Assembly: GCF_009914755.1 (NCBI RefSeq) | Contig: NC_060925.1 | Origin: the human T2T-CHM13v2.0 reference genome, Homo sapiens | Strand: one strand, 5' to 3' | DNA: 64,000 nucleotides | In this document: one piece after another, positions 14,180 to 25,090 of the stretch | How positions within the stretch are numbered: the stretch's first letter is position 1 | Layout of the letters: each line of letters begins with the position of its first letter | Program-made: the position numbers and the translations under genes | The notes under the pieces: generated by a model | Databases searched by the model: none | What the model saw: only the letters and a program-made list of their open reading frames with translations | What the model was told of the DNA's origin: nothing

Positions 14180-14345
14180 GGCCTAGTGCTTTCACTCACT
14201 AGCTGTGTTACCCAAGACAGTCAATGCAATATCTCTAAATGTCAGTTTCATCATATGTTAAAATGGGAAAAAAAATCTCTGCTTCACAGATACATAAAGC
14301 CCTTAGCACAGTGCCTGAAACATATGAAATGCTCTTAATAAACTG
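14180..14345 (+). mobile_element. MIR
   Basis: ctcactagctgtg...tcagtttcatcatatgttaaaatggg...cttagcacagtgcctg. Confidence 0.7.
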
Positions 14346-14448
14346 TTCTGATATAGGAGTTTTAAAAATATTTAATAATATAGGTCAAGAGCCATAAATA
14401 ACACTGGCTGTGTATGTAGTAGAATCAATTGATGAACTTTACAAAAAA

Positions 14449-14517
14449 TACACACACATATGTATATACACATATACATATATATACATATATACACACA
14501 CAAACATACATATATAT
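14449..14517. repeat. Compound (TA/CA)n microsatellite
   Basis: tacacacacatatgtatatacacatatacatatatatacatatatacacaca. Confidence 0.85.
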
Positions 14518-15278
14518 TCATTGTATCCACAGGAGATTTCTGAAATGATTGAACAGAATAGGGCCTAACCATAAGTATCTTTTTTAAAGCTTCTTATAAG
14601 GAGATTCCAATATCCAAACAGAATAGAGAGCTACTGGACATAGGTTCTTAACCGGCGGTCCAGAAACTCTTTATAGAATACAGAAATCCATAAACTTGGG
14701 TGAGAAAACATTTAGACTTTTATTTTTACCAATCTTCCAAACTTTGGCATTTTTCAATCATGAATGTATAAATTAAAAATAAGGGCCCTTGGTCCCCAGG
14801 TGAGACAGAATGGACTCTTTGTGTTCAATAAGATACCAAATTATAAAGGAGACCTAACGGCATGCCAGGCAAAGGTAAAAACAAGCACCTCTGCACTTGA
14901 ATAAACTGTTCTCAGTGCCACAAGGATCCTTTTTTCTTTTTCTCTGGCAGTTAAACAAGCACTGGCCTCAAGATAAGCAATATAAAAACAATTATAGCTC
15001 ACTGATCACCAGATGCTGACCGACTTCCCCTCTTCCACAGTCATAACTACAGATTTGATTGGACAAGAGATGGATTTTAGCAACTTTCTCCTAATAAGGG
15101 ACTACAAACCATCGACTGGTTCTGCCCAGTTTACAGAGGCTGTGCACTGAGTGCCTTCATGTCTCTGCTTCACCTTTTGATGTACACAGCCCAACTGTAA
15201 TACATTCAAATGTTAAGTCTCCACTGCAAAGTGAACATTGCATGTATATAACATGCATGTTTGTTCAGCACACATGCA

Positions 15279-15453
15279 TTAAGACCCCTTCATGCATATT
15301 CATAGCTTCTCCTATAACCTAATATGTAACTTAAATGTTAAGGCCCCTTCATGAATATTCATAGCTTCTCCCATAACCTAATATGTAACTTAGATGTTAA
15401 GGTCCCTTCATGAATATTCATAGCTTCTCCTATAACCTAGTATGTATACTTAG
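15279..15453. repeat. 59-bp tandem repeat x3 inside the LTR
   Basis: Units start at 15279, 15338 and 15397. Confidence 0.92.
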
Positions 15454-15579
15454 CCAACCCCTTCACCATAAATTCCTGTCTCACCTTTCTTCCCTTGAAG
15501 TTTCTGTCTCTGGTTTTGGCCAGAAACCTGCTTCCTAGCCCACAGGTAGTAATATTTTCTAAGTATTACTCCTTTCTAA

Positions 15580-15905
<326 letters not shown>

Positions 15906-17806
15906 TGATGTTTTTAAGATGACAAATGCAATAAACCATAGTGGCACTATTGATATCTGTCACTTTGGACCAAAAGAAATCACAGAAAATCACAGTAGAG
16001 TTGCTGCAGAAATCTGAAGTACTTATACTCACCACGACATCAAAATTTGAGTAGTTATTAGACCCATCACTAGATTGTTACTTAGTGCCTTAATAAAAAA
16101 AATACATTACTATATCGTATATTTTAAGTGAGATAGTGAGAATCCTTTGTAACCCTATGAATTTTGTTTTATGCCTTCAAAAATATTCTGGAAAGAGGCT
16201 CCCAAGCTTCGCCAGAGTGCCTAAGGAGTCCCTGGTACACATAAAATGTTAAGAACTCAATATTTAGAGGCTATTTGTCAGTAAAGCACCTTCAGGAGTG
16301 CTGATGTAGATCAACTTCTTTGGAATCACTTTGAACCCAATGTGTACAATGCTGATCTCTCAGTAATTAACCGAGGAAGTGTTTTTTACAGAAATGAGGT
16401 GTATTGTAATAGATGTATATTTACATATCAATTGTTCTTCCTTATTAATTTCTCTAACAAAGCCATCATTTCCTTTTCTATCTTCACTACCTGATTCACT
16501 GCTGAAGCCCTACCTTCTGCTTCCTACTTTAACTGCCACAAATGATAAAAAATTTCAGTCTTTGCTTCCTAATTCAGTGCATTCAAAGTGCAGCATGTAT
16601 TTTTTGTTAAAAAAAATTTTCCCCGGCCCAAAATACATGATTCATAAGGCTTTTGCATTGAGAATAAAAGGATTCACTTTAAACTGACTTCTGCAAGCCC
16701 TAGTTATTCTGCACATTTAATAATAAGCATTACAAAATCTCAGCTTAGGAACAAAAAGCTCTTAGTCAGTAATAAATTGTCACTACAATGATCAATGTGC
16801 CAAATTTAATTCACAGATAAATAAAAGGAAACCTTGAAAGCCAAGCAGAAGTCTAGTGTGAATGTAGGCTTTGGTATAACTGTGACAATTCAGAGATGAG
16901 CCCTCACAATATATTTCAGAGGTCTCTCTGCCTTTACATTCAAGAAGTTCATCAGCCATCTCCTCTGGTTCATGGTCAACTGGTGCTCACCCTCTCTGGA
17001 AACAGAGACATTAGCTACTGATATTAGCTGACCTATATCCACACCCAGCACAATTCTTTTTATCAGAAAAGTTAGCTTTTGCTTAGAAGCTGCCACAGTG
17101 GGTTGAATTGTCCAGTCCCTGTCATTAAAGGTGGCAGCCATGCACTCGAGAATGATGTGAAAAAACTCCAGCAAGAGTGATAATTAAACTTGGAAAATGA
17201 AGGGTCACCTTCTTTCATTCAGCTCATTGGGCAAACCCATCAGAATAATTCCAAAACAGCGGGGGACTGTCTACTCTCAGCATGGCAATATCGAGGTGCA
17301 CACACATTATTTCTATGGGTTCAAATGGGAATGCCATTTTAATGGTATTTAAAACGTTATCTTCGATATGAGGAGTAAAAATGTTAGAAATTAGTTCTAG
17401 GAATACAGAAAAAGAATGATGTGTATAATCTAAATAGGGAAAGAATCAGAAACAAGAAAAGTATGCATTTTTTTCTCAAGAAAAAGCATTCTAAGAGAAG
17501 AAAATTATCTCCAGGGAAACTGAAAAGAATATTAACTATGTCTCTTCTTTCTACTCAACTGTAGAATCACAAGGCAAGGGTTTCATCTCAGCTTTCTTGT
17601 CCACTTACTGTCATTTCTTGGTGGTCATTATTACAACAACTTACTCCTACCCAAAAAAGAGAAAAAGTGTCACATGAAGTTAAGACAATCCATTGGTAGG
17701 AGTTATTTTCCAGGAAAATTTTTTTTTTCAGACACATTAGCTTATCTAGATACTATTGAATCAGTATTTGGGAAATTATATTTCATACCATTCTCATGTT
17801 GCATTA

Positions 17807-18093
<287 letters not shown>

Positions 18094-18164
18094 AAATGTA
18101 ATACTGAATATTTAAGGACAACATAGGCAAATGCACTGGATCAGAACAGAAGCATGGATGGTAA

Positions 18165-18400
18165 AAGCAAATTTCAAGTTCAAATTCTAGCTTCACCATA
18201 TATTAGGTGTGTAACGATTGATATGGTATTTAATCGCTGTGTGCCTCAGTTTCCTCATCAGTTAAATAGAGAAAATAATACTACCTATCTTATAAAGTTG
18301 TTCAAAAAGATCAAATGAGCTTAAAATAAATAAAACTTTTGTAACTGTGCCTAGCACAGAGTGAGTGTTATATCAGTGCTCATAATATATTATAACCATT
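18165..18400 (+). mobile_element. MIR
   Basis: ctgtgtgcctcagtttcctcatc core. Confidence 0.8.
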
Positions 18401-18737
18401 ATTATTATGTTGCATGTTCAGTACCTGGCAGAGTATTTAATACTGTAGATCAGGTTTACAAACATATTATTTCTTTTTATAGTTGATCTTTTTTTTTTTT
18501 TTAGTCCTTATCATTCTGAGAAAGGCTTCCCAAAAGATGTGGGTCCTTTAATAAACAAATAGCTCAGCATAATTCTCATATAGAGTTAATTATATAATAT
18601 GAAAACAGGGATAATTTTCACATCAAGCTCAGGAAGAGAAAAATTTCTAATAAGCAGAAACTATAGATTTTAGACGGGTCACGATAGTTCCCTTCACATC
18701 CAAACGACTATCTTGAGGAAGATAAATTATATTTGTC

Positions 18738-18883
18738 CTATGTGCATGTATTTTATTTCAAGTTAGTATTTTATTTTATTTCACGTATTTTATTTCAAAT
18801 GCATGTATTTTATGTCAAGTTCTATGTGCATGTATTTTATTTCAAGTTTATTTTATTTCTATGTGCATGTATTTTATTTCAAA
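18738..18883. repeat. Degenerate AT-rich minisatellite (CTATGTGCATGTATTTTATTTCAAG-like)
   Basis: Four TGCATGTATTTTAT units plus partial units. Confidence 0.85.
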
Positions 18884-19167
18884 ATTATCAAGAGATAATT
18901 TTGAAATAATTAGAGCTGTCTAAAACAGAAAAAAAACTTGATGGGCAAGGCAATCATGTGATTTCTATATTCCTTTGTAAGAATTTGCAATTTATCAGTT
19001 TGTAGACAAACATCCACCAATTTCAATAGATTTAAAAATATTTATCATTAGTATATTTAAGTGTTGTCTTTTGTCTTTGAAAGACATATGTAGGTAAAAA
19101 AATATTTTCGATGACATAAACACACACATTGCCTCAAACCTCAACCTCCATTCACTAACAATTCATT

Positions 19168-19330
19168 GAAAGAAAGAATGAAAGAAAGAGAAATAAGTTG
19201 TGTATATTTGAAAGAGACAGAGAATTGAGGAGGAGGGAGGGGAAAAGAGAGGAAGGATGAGAGAGAGAAAGAGGAAGAAGGAGTAGGAAAAAAATAGGAA
19301 GTGGGAGAGGGAGGTGGGAGGGATAGGGAC
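19168..19330 (+). repeat. GA-rich purine tract ending in a G4 consensus
   Basis: Almost purine-only on the + strand; GGG x5 at 19303-19328. Confidence 0.8.
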
Positions 19331-19924
19331 AATAAATGAATGACATTAAGGATCACCCTAATCAGACTATTGAAGAGAAAATATTATCTATTATATTCAA
19401 GCCTGATTTTACTGCAATATTTAGGCATGGTTCTTTAAGAGAAAAAAAAGATTTTATAAAAGATAGTTGACTAATTTAGTATAGGAGTGTTAAAATTATT
19501 TAATAAATTATTTCCCACTGAAAAAATATAGACTTCATAGGAAGATATGCTGCTTCTGCCTCAGGTTTATATTTAAAATGATTTATAGTTTACAATTTCT
19601 TCCTAAGGTCATCACCTTCATAAATACCAGCCACATACAGTGAAAACCAACTCAATAAAATGAGTATTTCATTTCTCTTCCTTCTGCTTATGTAGATACT
19701 TCTTCCATCTTACATGGCACCCATTTATAACAAAGCTTCACATTGTGTGGGTTTTTATGAGTTCTTGAGCTTTTCTTTCTTTTTTATCTTTCTATGCATC
19801 AGCAAAGCAACTGGCAGATTCTTTAATAAAATATACACATTAATATTTATAAGCCTATGAATTGGATGTTTAAATAAACATTCACCAACTTATGCCAATT
19901 CTCTTGTTTTAGATGTTAAATCAC

Positions 19925-19933
19925 ACTTACGTT
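19925..19933 (-). other. DPYD: Exon 14 splice donor AAC|GTAAGT; +1 G at 19930 is the DPYD*2A (c.1905+1G>A) site, wild-type allele
   Basis: + strand reads acttacgtt; C at 19930 is G on the minus strand. Confidence 0.95.
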
Positions 19934-20095
19934 GTCTGGAAAGTCAGCCTTTAGTTCAGTGACACTTTGACACCAATATGCAGCCGTTTTCTCACTGATG
20001 AGCTCAATATTCAGAAAGGAGCTTTGTCCAGGGCCATACATGGGGCCAGAGGTGGTTCCCCGGATGATTCTGGGGGAAACATTTGTCACAATGTC
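19931..20095 (-). CDS. DPYD: DPYD exon 14 (c.1741-1905, codons D581-N635), part of the FMN/pyrimidine-binding barrel of dihydropyrimidine dehydrogenase
   Basis: Minus strand translates to [55 protein letters not shown], which I recognise as human DPD (includes substrate-binding N609 in FLNIELI). 165 bp, phase 0/0. Flanked by acceptor ctctttcatcag|GAC and donor AAC|gtaagt. Confidence 0.98.
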
Positions 20096-20125
20096 CTGAT
20101 GAAAGAGTAAAGATATTGAGTCTCC
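20096..20125 (-). other. DPYD: Exon 14 acceptor, polypyrimidine tract and probable branch point
   Basis: Minus strand reads gagaCTCAATatctttactctttcatcAG|GAC. Confidence 0.85.
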
Positions 20126-22039
20126 TTTTGACAAAGAAAAGCTATAATCTTTATTATCTGCTCATTTCCATATGACAATATTTTATGAGGTCCCTTCTCA
20201 CATTTTTGCAGAGGAATTTTTAATATACATTAAATTAGAATTGAACATAAACTACTTGCAAATAAAAAGGTAAAATAAAGTATTTGTTAGCTTTAGCTAA
20301 ATTACTTCTTGTAATTCTAGGTTTAGAATAGCGCAAAAATAAAAATATTTATATTCATTAACACTCATTTAGGGCATACTCATTTTAATTTGTTTGCAAT
20401 TAAATAATAAAAATATGATAGGTAAAATGCAAAAGTTTATCATTTCTGTCTATTTAATCTAGGTATCTCCAATCATAGTTTAACTCCAATAAGAATTAAT
20501 GTTAGTAAAAAGTTTATATTTTTTTTTTCTGAAAAAAGTAACTCCGATGTAAATCAGTGAAGGAATAATATTAGTATTACTGGCTCATCAACCATTAACA
20601 CACATTCTAATAAACTGGTTATGTCAAATTACTTATAGGATTATAACTATATATTCACTTTAAATGAGAAGAAAGTCACTTTCTCCAAGACTGAAATGAG
20701 TATATCAATAACTTCCTGATACCTATAAACAGTAAACAGTAAAATTAACTTGCTTGTTAAGTGTAATTAACAATCCACAACTGCTTCTAAAGCTGTATTA
20801 ACGAAGAAGAATAACATTCTTCCATTACTTAAAACTAAAAAGAAACAAAGAAGGAAAATGTTTCTTTTGCCAACTTCCAATTAAAATTAATTTTGAGGAA
20901 AGGTCATTTAGTTAAGGATTTATCAGAATTAGTCATTTAAGTACCCCTCCTCACCATCTTGTCACTTTTAGTAAGATAACATGAACCCCCATTAGTATAT
21001 AGCAATTAAGGTCAATTTACATATTTTAATTAAGAACCACCCCATATAAAACAATTAGCGTAATAGGCATACTAACTGGATTTCATAACATTTGGACGTT
21101 TTTCCAACTAGATAGACAGGAAACCTTAATTAGCATTAATTAGTGCTGATCTGCATATGTTTGATAAGGCATACCCTTGCCACAAAAGATTATTTATTCC
21201 TGAATCTGCCAAATGCTACAGTTGCAGAGGATAAAAGGACTTTTCTTCACATTGCATGTTAATTTCTGGTAATTTACATTCACTTTTACATGCGAATTAG
21301 TATATTATAAAATAAATGGTATAAATGTTACAATAAGCCTCCTTAAATATGTACATTTTAACTTATAGGAATCATGCCAGTTAATTTTTTACTAATTAAG
21401 CCATTCCATTTCTATTGTAATTGTGTGCAACATCACCAGCCTTGCTTTGATTTGCTATTGTGAAACCATGTTTCACAATCCTAATGGGTAAAATGACAAA
21501 TAGAGTTACTCCACGAAGCTCAAGCCTTGTGGGTCAATTTCCATCTTGGCAAACGCTTAAATGTATGTTCTACGTCCCTACAGGTGGCTCTGTGAAGCTC
21601 ATCCAGTGGGTACTCCGGTGTTTTCATGGTCTGAGAAGGCAATTCTTGAAATATTTCACTCAGATGAGGCTGGTTTTCTTCTGTGTTCCAATTTTCAAGA
21701 GCCATACCCTTTAAACCTTGAGATCCTCCTTTCCTCTGCTTTACTCCCTACTCTAAATGCTCTTCACCTAAGTAAGTCCAACCTAGGCCACAAGTTGTTC
21801 TCTACACAGGATTTCTTAGCCAAGGAGGAGTGAAGTCTGTATTTAGTTCACCAAGTCAAGTGCCCTGGTACTGTGTTGGTGAGCAAATAATGGGGCATCT
21901 GGTTTTGATGACCATTTTTTAATTCATTGGTCTGGAAACAGGTGCTTCCTGCTTATTCAACAAAACTGATTCACGTTAGCAGCATCCCTACTCCCGCCCA
22001 TTCTCCATATCTTCACTTAGACTTCAGTTCCTTTGAGAA

Positions 22040-22280
22040 GTTTTTCTTTTCTCTCCAACTCCATTGAGTCTTAGTAACATGCTCTGACTCATGCCACCAT
22101 AACAATATATACCTTCCTCAATTGGCATTCTTACTACCATTTATTGTGGTTGTCTATATTCCTGACTGTACCTTCCACTACAGCATAAGACTTGTAAAGA
22201 AAGAAACTATATTTTGTTTACTATTACATGCCCAGCTTCCAGCCTGGCCTTTAGTGGTGCTAAAATAAAGTACTGTATCT
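22040..22280 (+). mobile_element. L2 3' end
   Basis: Degenerate L2 tail (ccactacagcataagacttg...attttgtttact...cctggcctttagtggtgctaaaataaa). Confidence 0.55.
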
Positions 22281-22398
22281 TCAATGAGTCTAGACTAAAA
22301 CCATAGGCACTAGAATAAGTCTTGTCCTGAGGTATGAGAACCAAAGACATTTATTGCTGGCTGCATTCTGCTGCTGAACAGACCAGTGGTTTGGGCTT

Positions 22399-22805
22399 TG
22401 ATATAGTTTGGATGTATACCCCACCCAAATCTCATGTTGAAATGTAATCCTCAGTGTTGGAGGTGGGGCCTGGTGGAAATGATTGATTGCATCATGGGGG
22501 AGAATTTCTCATAAATGGTTTAGTATCATCCTCTTGGTACTGTCCTCATGATAATGAGTGAGTTCTTGTAAGATGTGGCCCTTTAAAAGTGTGTAGCATC
22601 TCTCCCCTCTTTCTCTTGCTCTTGATTTGTCATATGATGTGACTGCTCCCCCTTCCCCTTCTGCCTTGATTGGAAGCTTTCTGAGGCCTCCACATTAGCA
22701 GATGCTGCTATGCTTCCTATAGAGCCTGCAGAACCATAAGCCAATTAAACTTATTTTTCTTCATAAATTTCCCAGGCTCAGGTATGTCTTTATAGCAAAA
22801 ACGGG
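22399..22805 (+). mobile_element. MaLR LTR, MSTB-like
   Basis: tgatatagtttggatg...aaatctcatgttgaaatgtaatcc...ccaattaaac...ctcaggtatgtctttatagca. Confidence 0.88.
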
Positions 22806-24789
22806 CCTTTATTCAAAGTTCAGGATTTATTACTATGCTTAGATCTTTTCCTGCTAGTCCATTTGTCTAGAATTGGGTTCTTGCTTGCTTCTTCTGATCC
22901 TTCAGGGACCCCTTTTTCTAGAACTCAGTACACCCCCTCCCTTGGATAGATCCCTGAACCAAATGCTGTGATACAAAGCACCCACTGCTATAGGCCTTCT
23001 CACGCAGCCTACTGTGATGACTCCCTGACAGAAAGCATGCTTGAACTTCATCTCACTGCAGCTTCTAAGACCTTCCTGGTTGCTAGTTCTTAACTGCTGG
23101 GTATCGCTGATCTCTAGGATTTAAATAGAATGCCCCCATTCAGATACAATACAACTACCAGTCTTTTTTGGTTCATGTGGATGTGTATTCTTAACCTGAT
23201 CCATGACCACCTAGGGTATTTCCTAGCTAATGAGCCTGTCCAACTACAGTTGTCTTTTATGTTTGTCCTGTATGCTAAGAACACATCTTAACAGTATACA
23301 TAGGAATTTTTAAAATATCATAGAATATAAAAGACACAGAATGGAAATTTCACCTATAACTAATAAGGAAAAAAATCTTCATGGTTCAGGAATTCTAAGC
23401 TATATGCTATATGCTATTTACAGTAACCTACTAATAACCACAAAGCCAACATCTCACATTAGCCAAAAGGATCAATAAGCTGACAATATTTAATTGGAAG
23501 ACTGTCAAGAAAATGCTTCTTTCTTAAGCATTTCCCTCATCAGTAATACCTCAAAGCCTACAATTCTACCTTTAAGAATTTTTTCTTTGTGTATTATGAG
23601 TTAAGTTTCTTGTTAATGTTGGAGCTGGTTTATTTTTCTCTTCTACGATGTGGTGTTAAACTGTAAATATAGCATAGGAAAGTTATGAATGATCTCCTTA
23701 ATCAAGATAATGAACAGGAAGTACAAACCAAATCAAAGGAAAATTTATTTGCTTTATGATAGAGAATGCTTATTCCTTTGTGTTGATTTATAATAGAGAA
23801 TGTTTATTTAAACAGGTCAATTTTCTCATTCCTTAATTCAACCAAAGATAAAAGGTCCTTTATAACTTCTCAAATTACAGATGCCTACTGTTGTAGAATG
23901 GGTTAACTATCTGAAAGGAATTTGTTAGCATCATAGAAATTCAACATTTTCCAAATTCAACTAAAGTGCAAAATTCCAATGTATTCATCCAGTAATAAAT
24001 CGGTAATAAAAATTTTATTCTAGATTTTCTTTCCCAAATTGTCATGTTTGCTATTGTTTTGCCAAAAACATTCTCCACTGAATTGAGACTTTTAGAATTT
24101 TTAAATTAAGTGAAAGATGAATGAAAACACATATATAACCAATTATCTTTGGTTATATAACTAGAGTTAGAGTTTAAATAATTGGACAATAACTTACTAA
24201 AGCTTTTGACCTGGGAAGACTAGAATTTGAGCATGATTTCATAAGAGAATATTTTGCTTTAATATTTAATGGCTAAGTCTTATTAGCATTGCTTAAAGGA
24301 GTTAATATAACAAAATAAACATATTCAAGAATAGTTAGAGTAGAGAAGAGTTCATTCTCTATAATAAAAAAGACAAACTGCCATAGCTCTCATCTTCAGT
24401 GCATTAACGATATTCAGATATTTTAAAAACAGATGTTTATAGAAAAGGAAGTGTTAGGTAATATCTTTGCTTTATGTAATATTGTAACTACCATTATAAC
24501 ATCAAGTATTAGTGACCTTTTAACATTTGAAGTGATGATAATGATTTTTTCTCTATCAGAAAAGAGATTTAAATGGTAAGCGGACTGATTATATTTGTTT
24601 AGGTTCATTTACTTGACCTCTCTTATTATAAAAACTTATGATGTTTCTATGGTTACTACTGAATTAAAACAGTCACAATGGCCACAATGAACACAAAAAG
24701 AAAACTTTGCAGAAATGTCTGAGTAAGAGGCTAGAAAAAGAATGGGGTCAAACAAAGTTGGATGAAAACAAGAAATAAAATTTGCAAAG

Positions 24790-25090
24790 TGAATCATGGC
24801 TACATATACCATAGTGGATGAATTTTATAAACATCTTGTTGAATGAAAAGGGCAAGTTCTAGAAAAATATATAGAATATGACACACAACACAAAGCAATA
24901 TATTATTTAGTGAAACATACTGACAGGATAAAACTATAAATATAAGTAAGGTAACAACTAAAAATAATTCAAGATAGAAGTTACCTCTTGGAGTAGGTAG
25001 ATGCTGGAGGAGAAATTGGAAATGGTAGAGCAAGGAGGGCTTTCTGAAAGTACTAGTGATACATAATTATAAAGAAGCTTTACTCTTGAA
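24790..25090 (+). mobile_element. L1ME 3' fragment
   Basis: tggatgaattttataaacatcttgttgaatgaaaag...aattcaagatagaagttacctct. Confidence 0.6.

Noticed and set aside
15279-15453. Tandem repeats as a CRISPR-like array (also 6035-6166)
   Set aside because: Head-to-tail units with no unique spacers, no cas genes, and a human intronic context.
18743-18869. Four TGCATG (RBFOX) motifs downstream of exon 14
   Set aside because: They are on the + strand; the DPYD pre-mRNA reads CAUGCA, which is not an RBFOX site.
19916-20134. Whole 72-aa ORF as a stand-alone gene
   Set aside because: Only 19931-20095 is bounded by splice sites and matches DPD; the flanking residues are intronic read-through.
21520-21705. 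61-aa minus-strand ORF (MALENWNTEE...) as a missing DPYD exon
   Set aside because: No resemblance to DPD or any protein I recognise.
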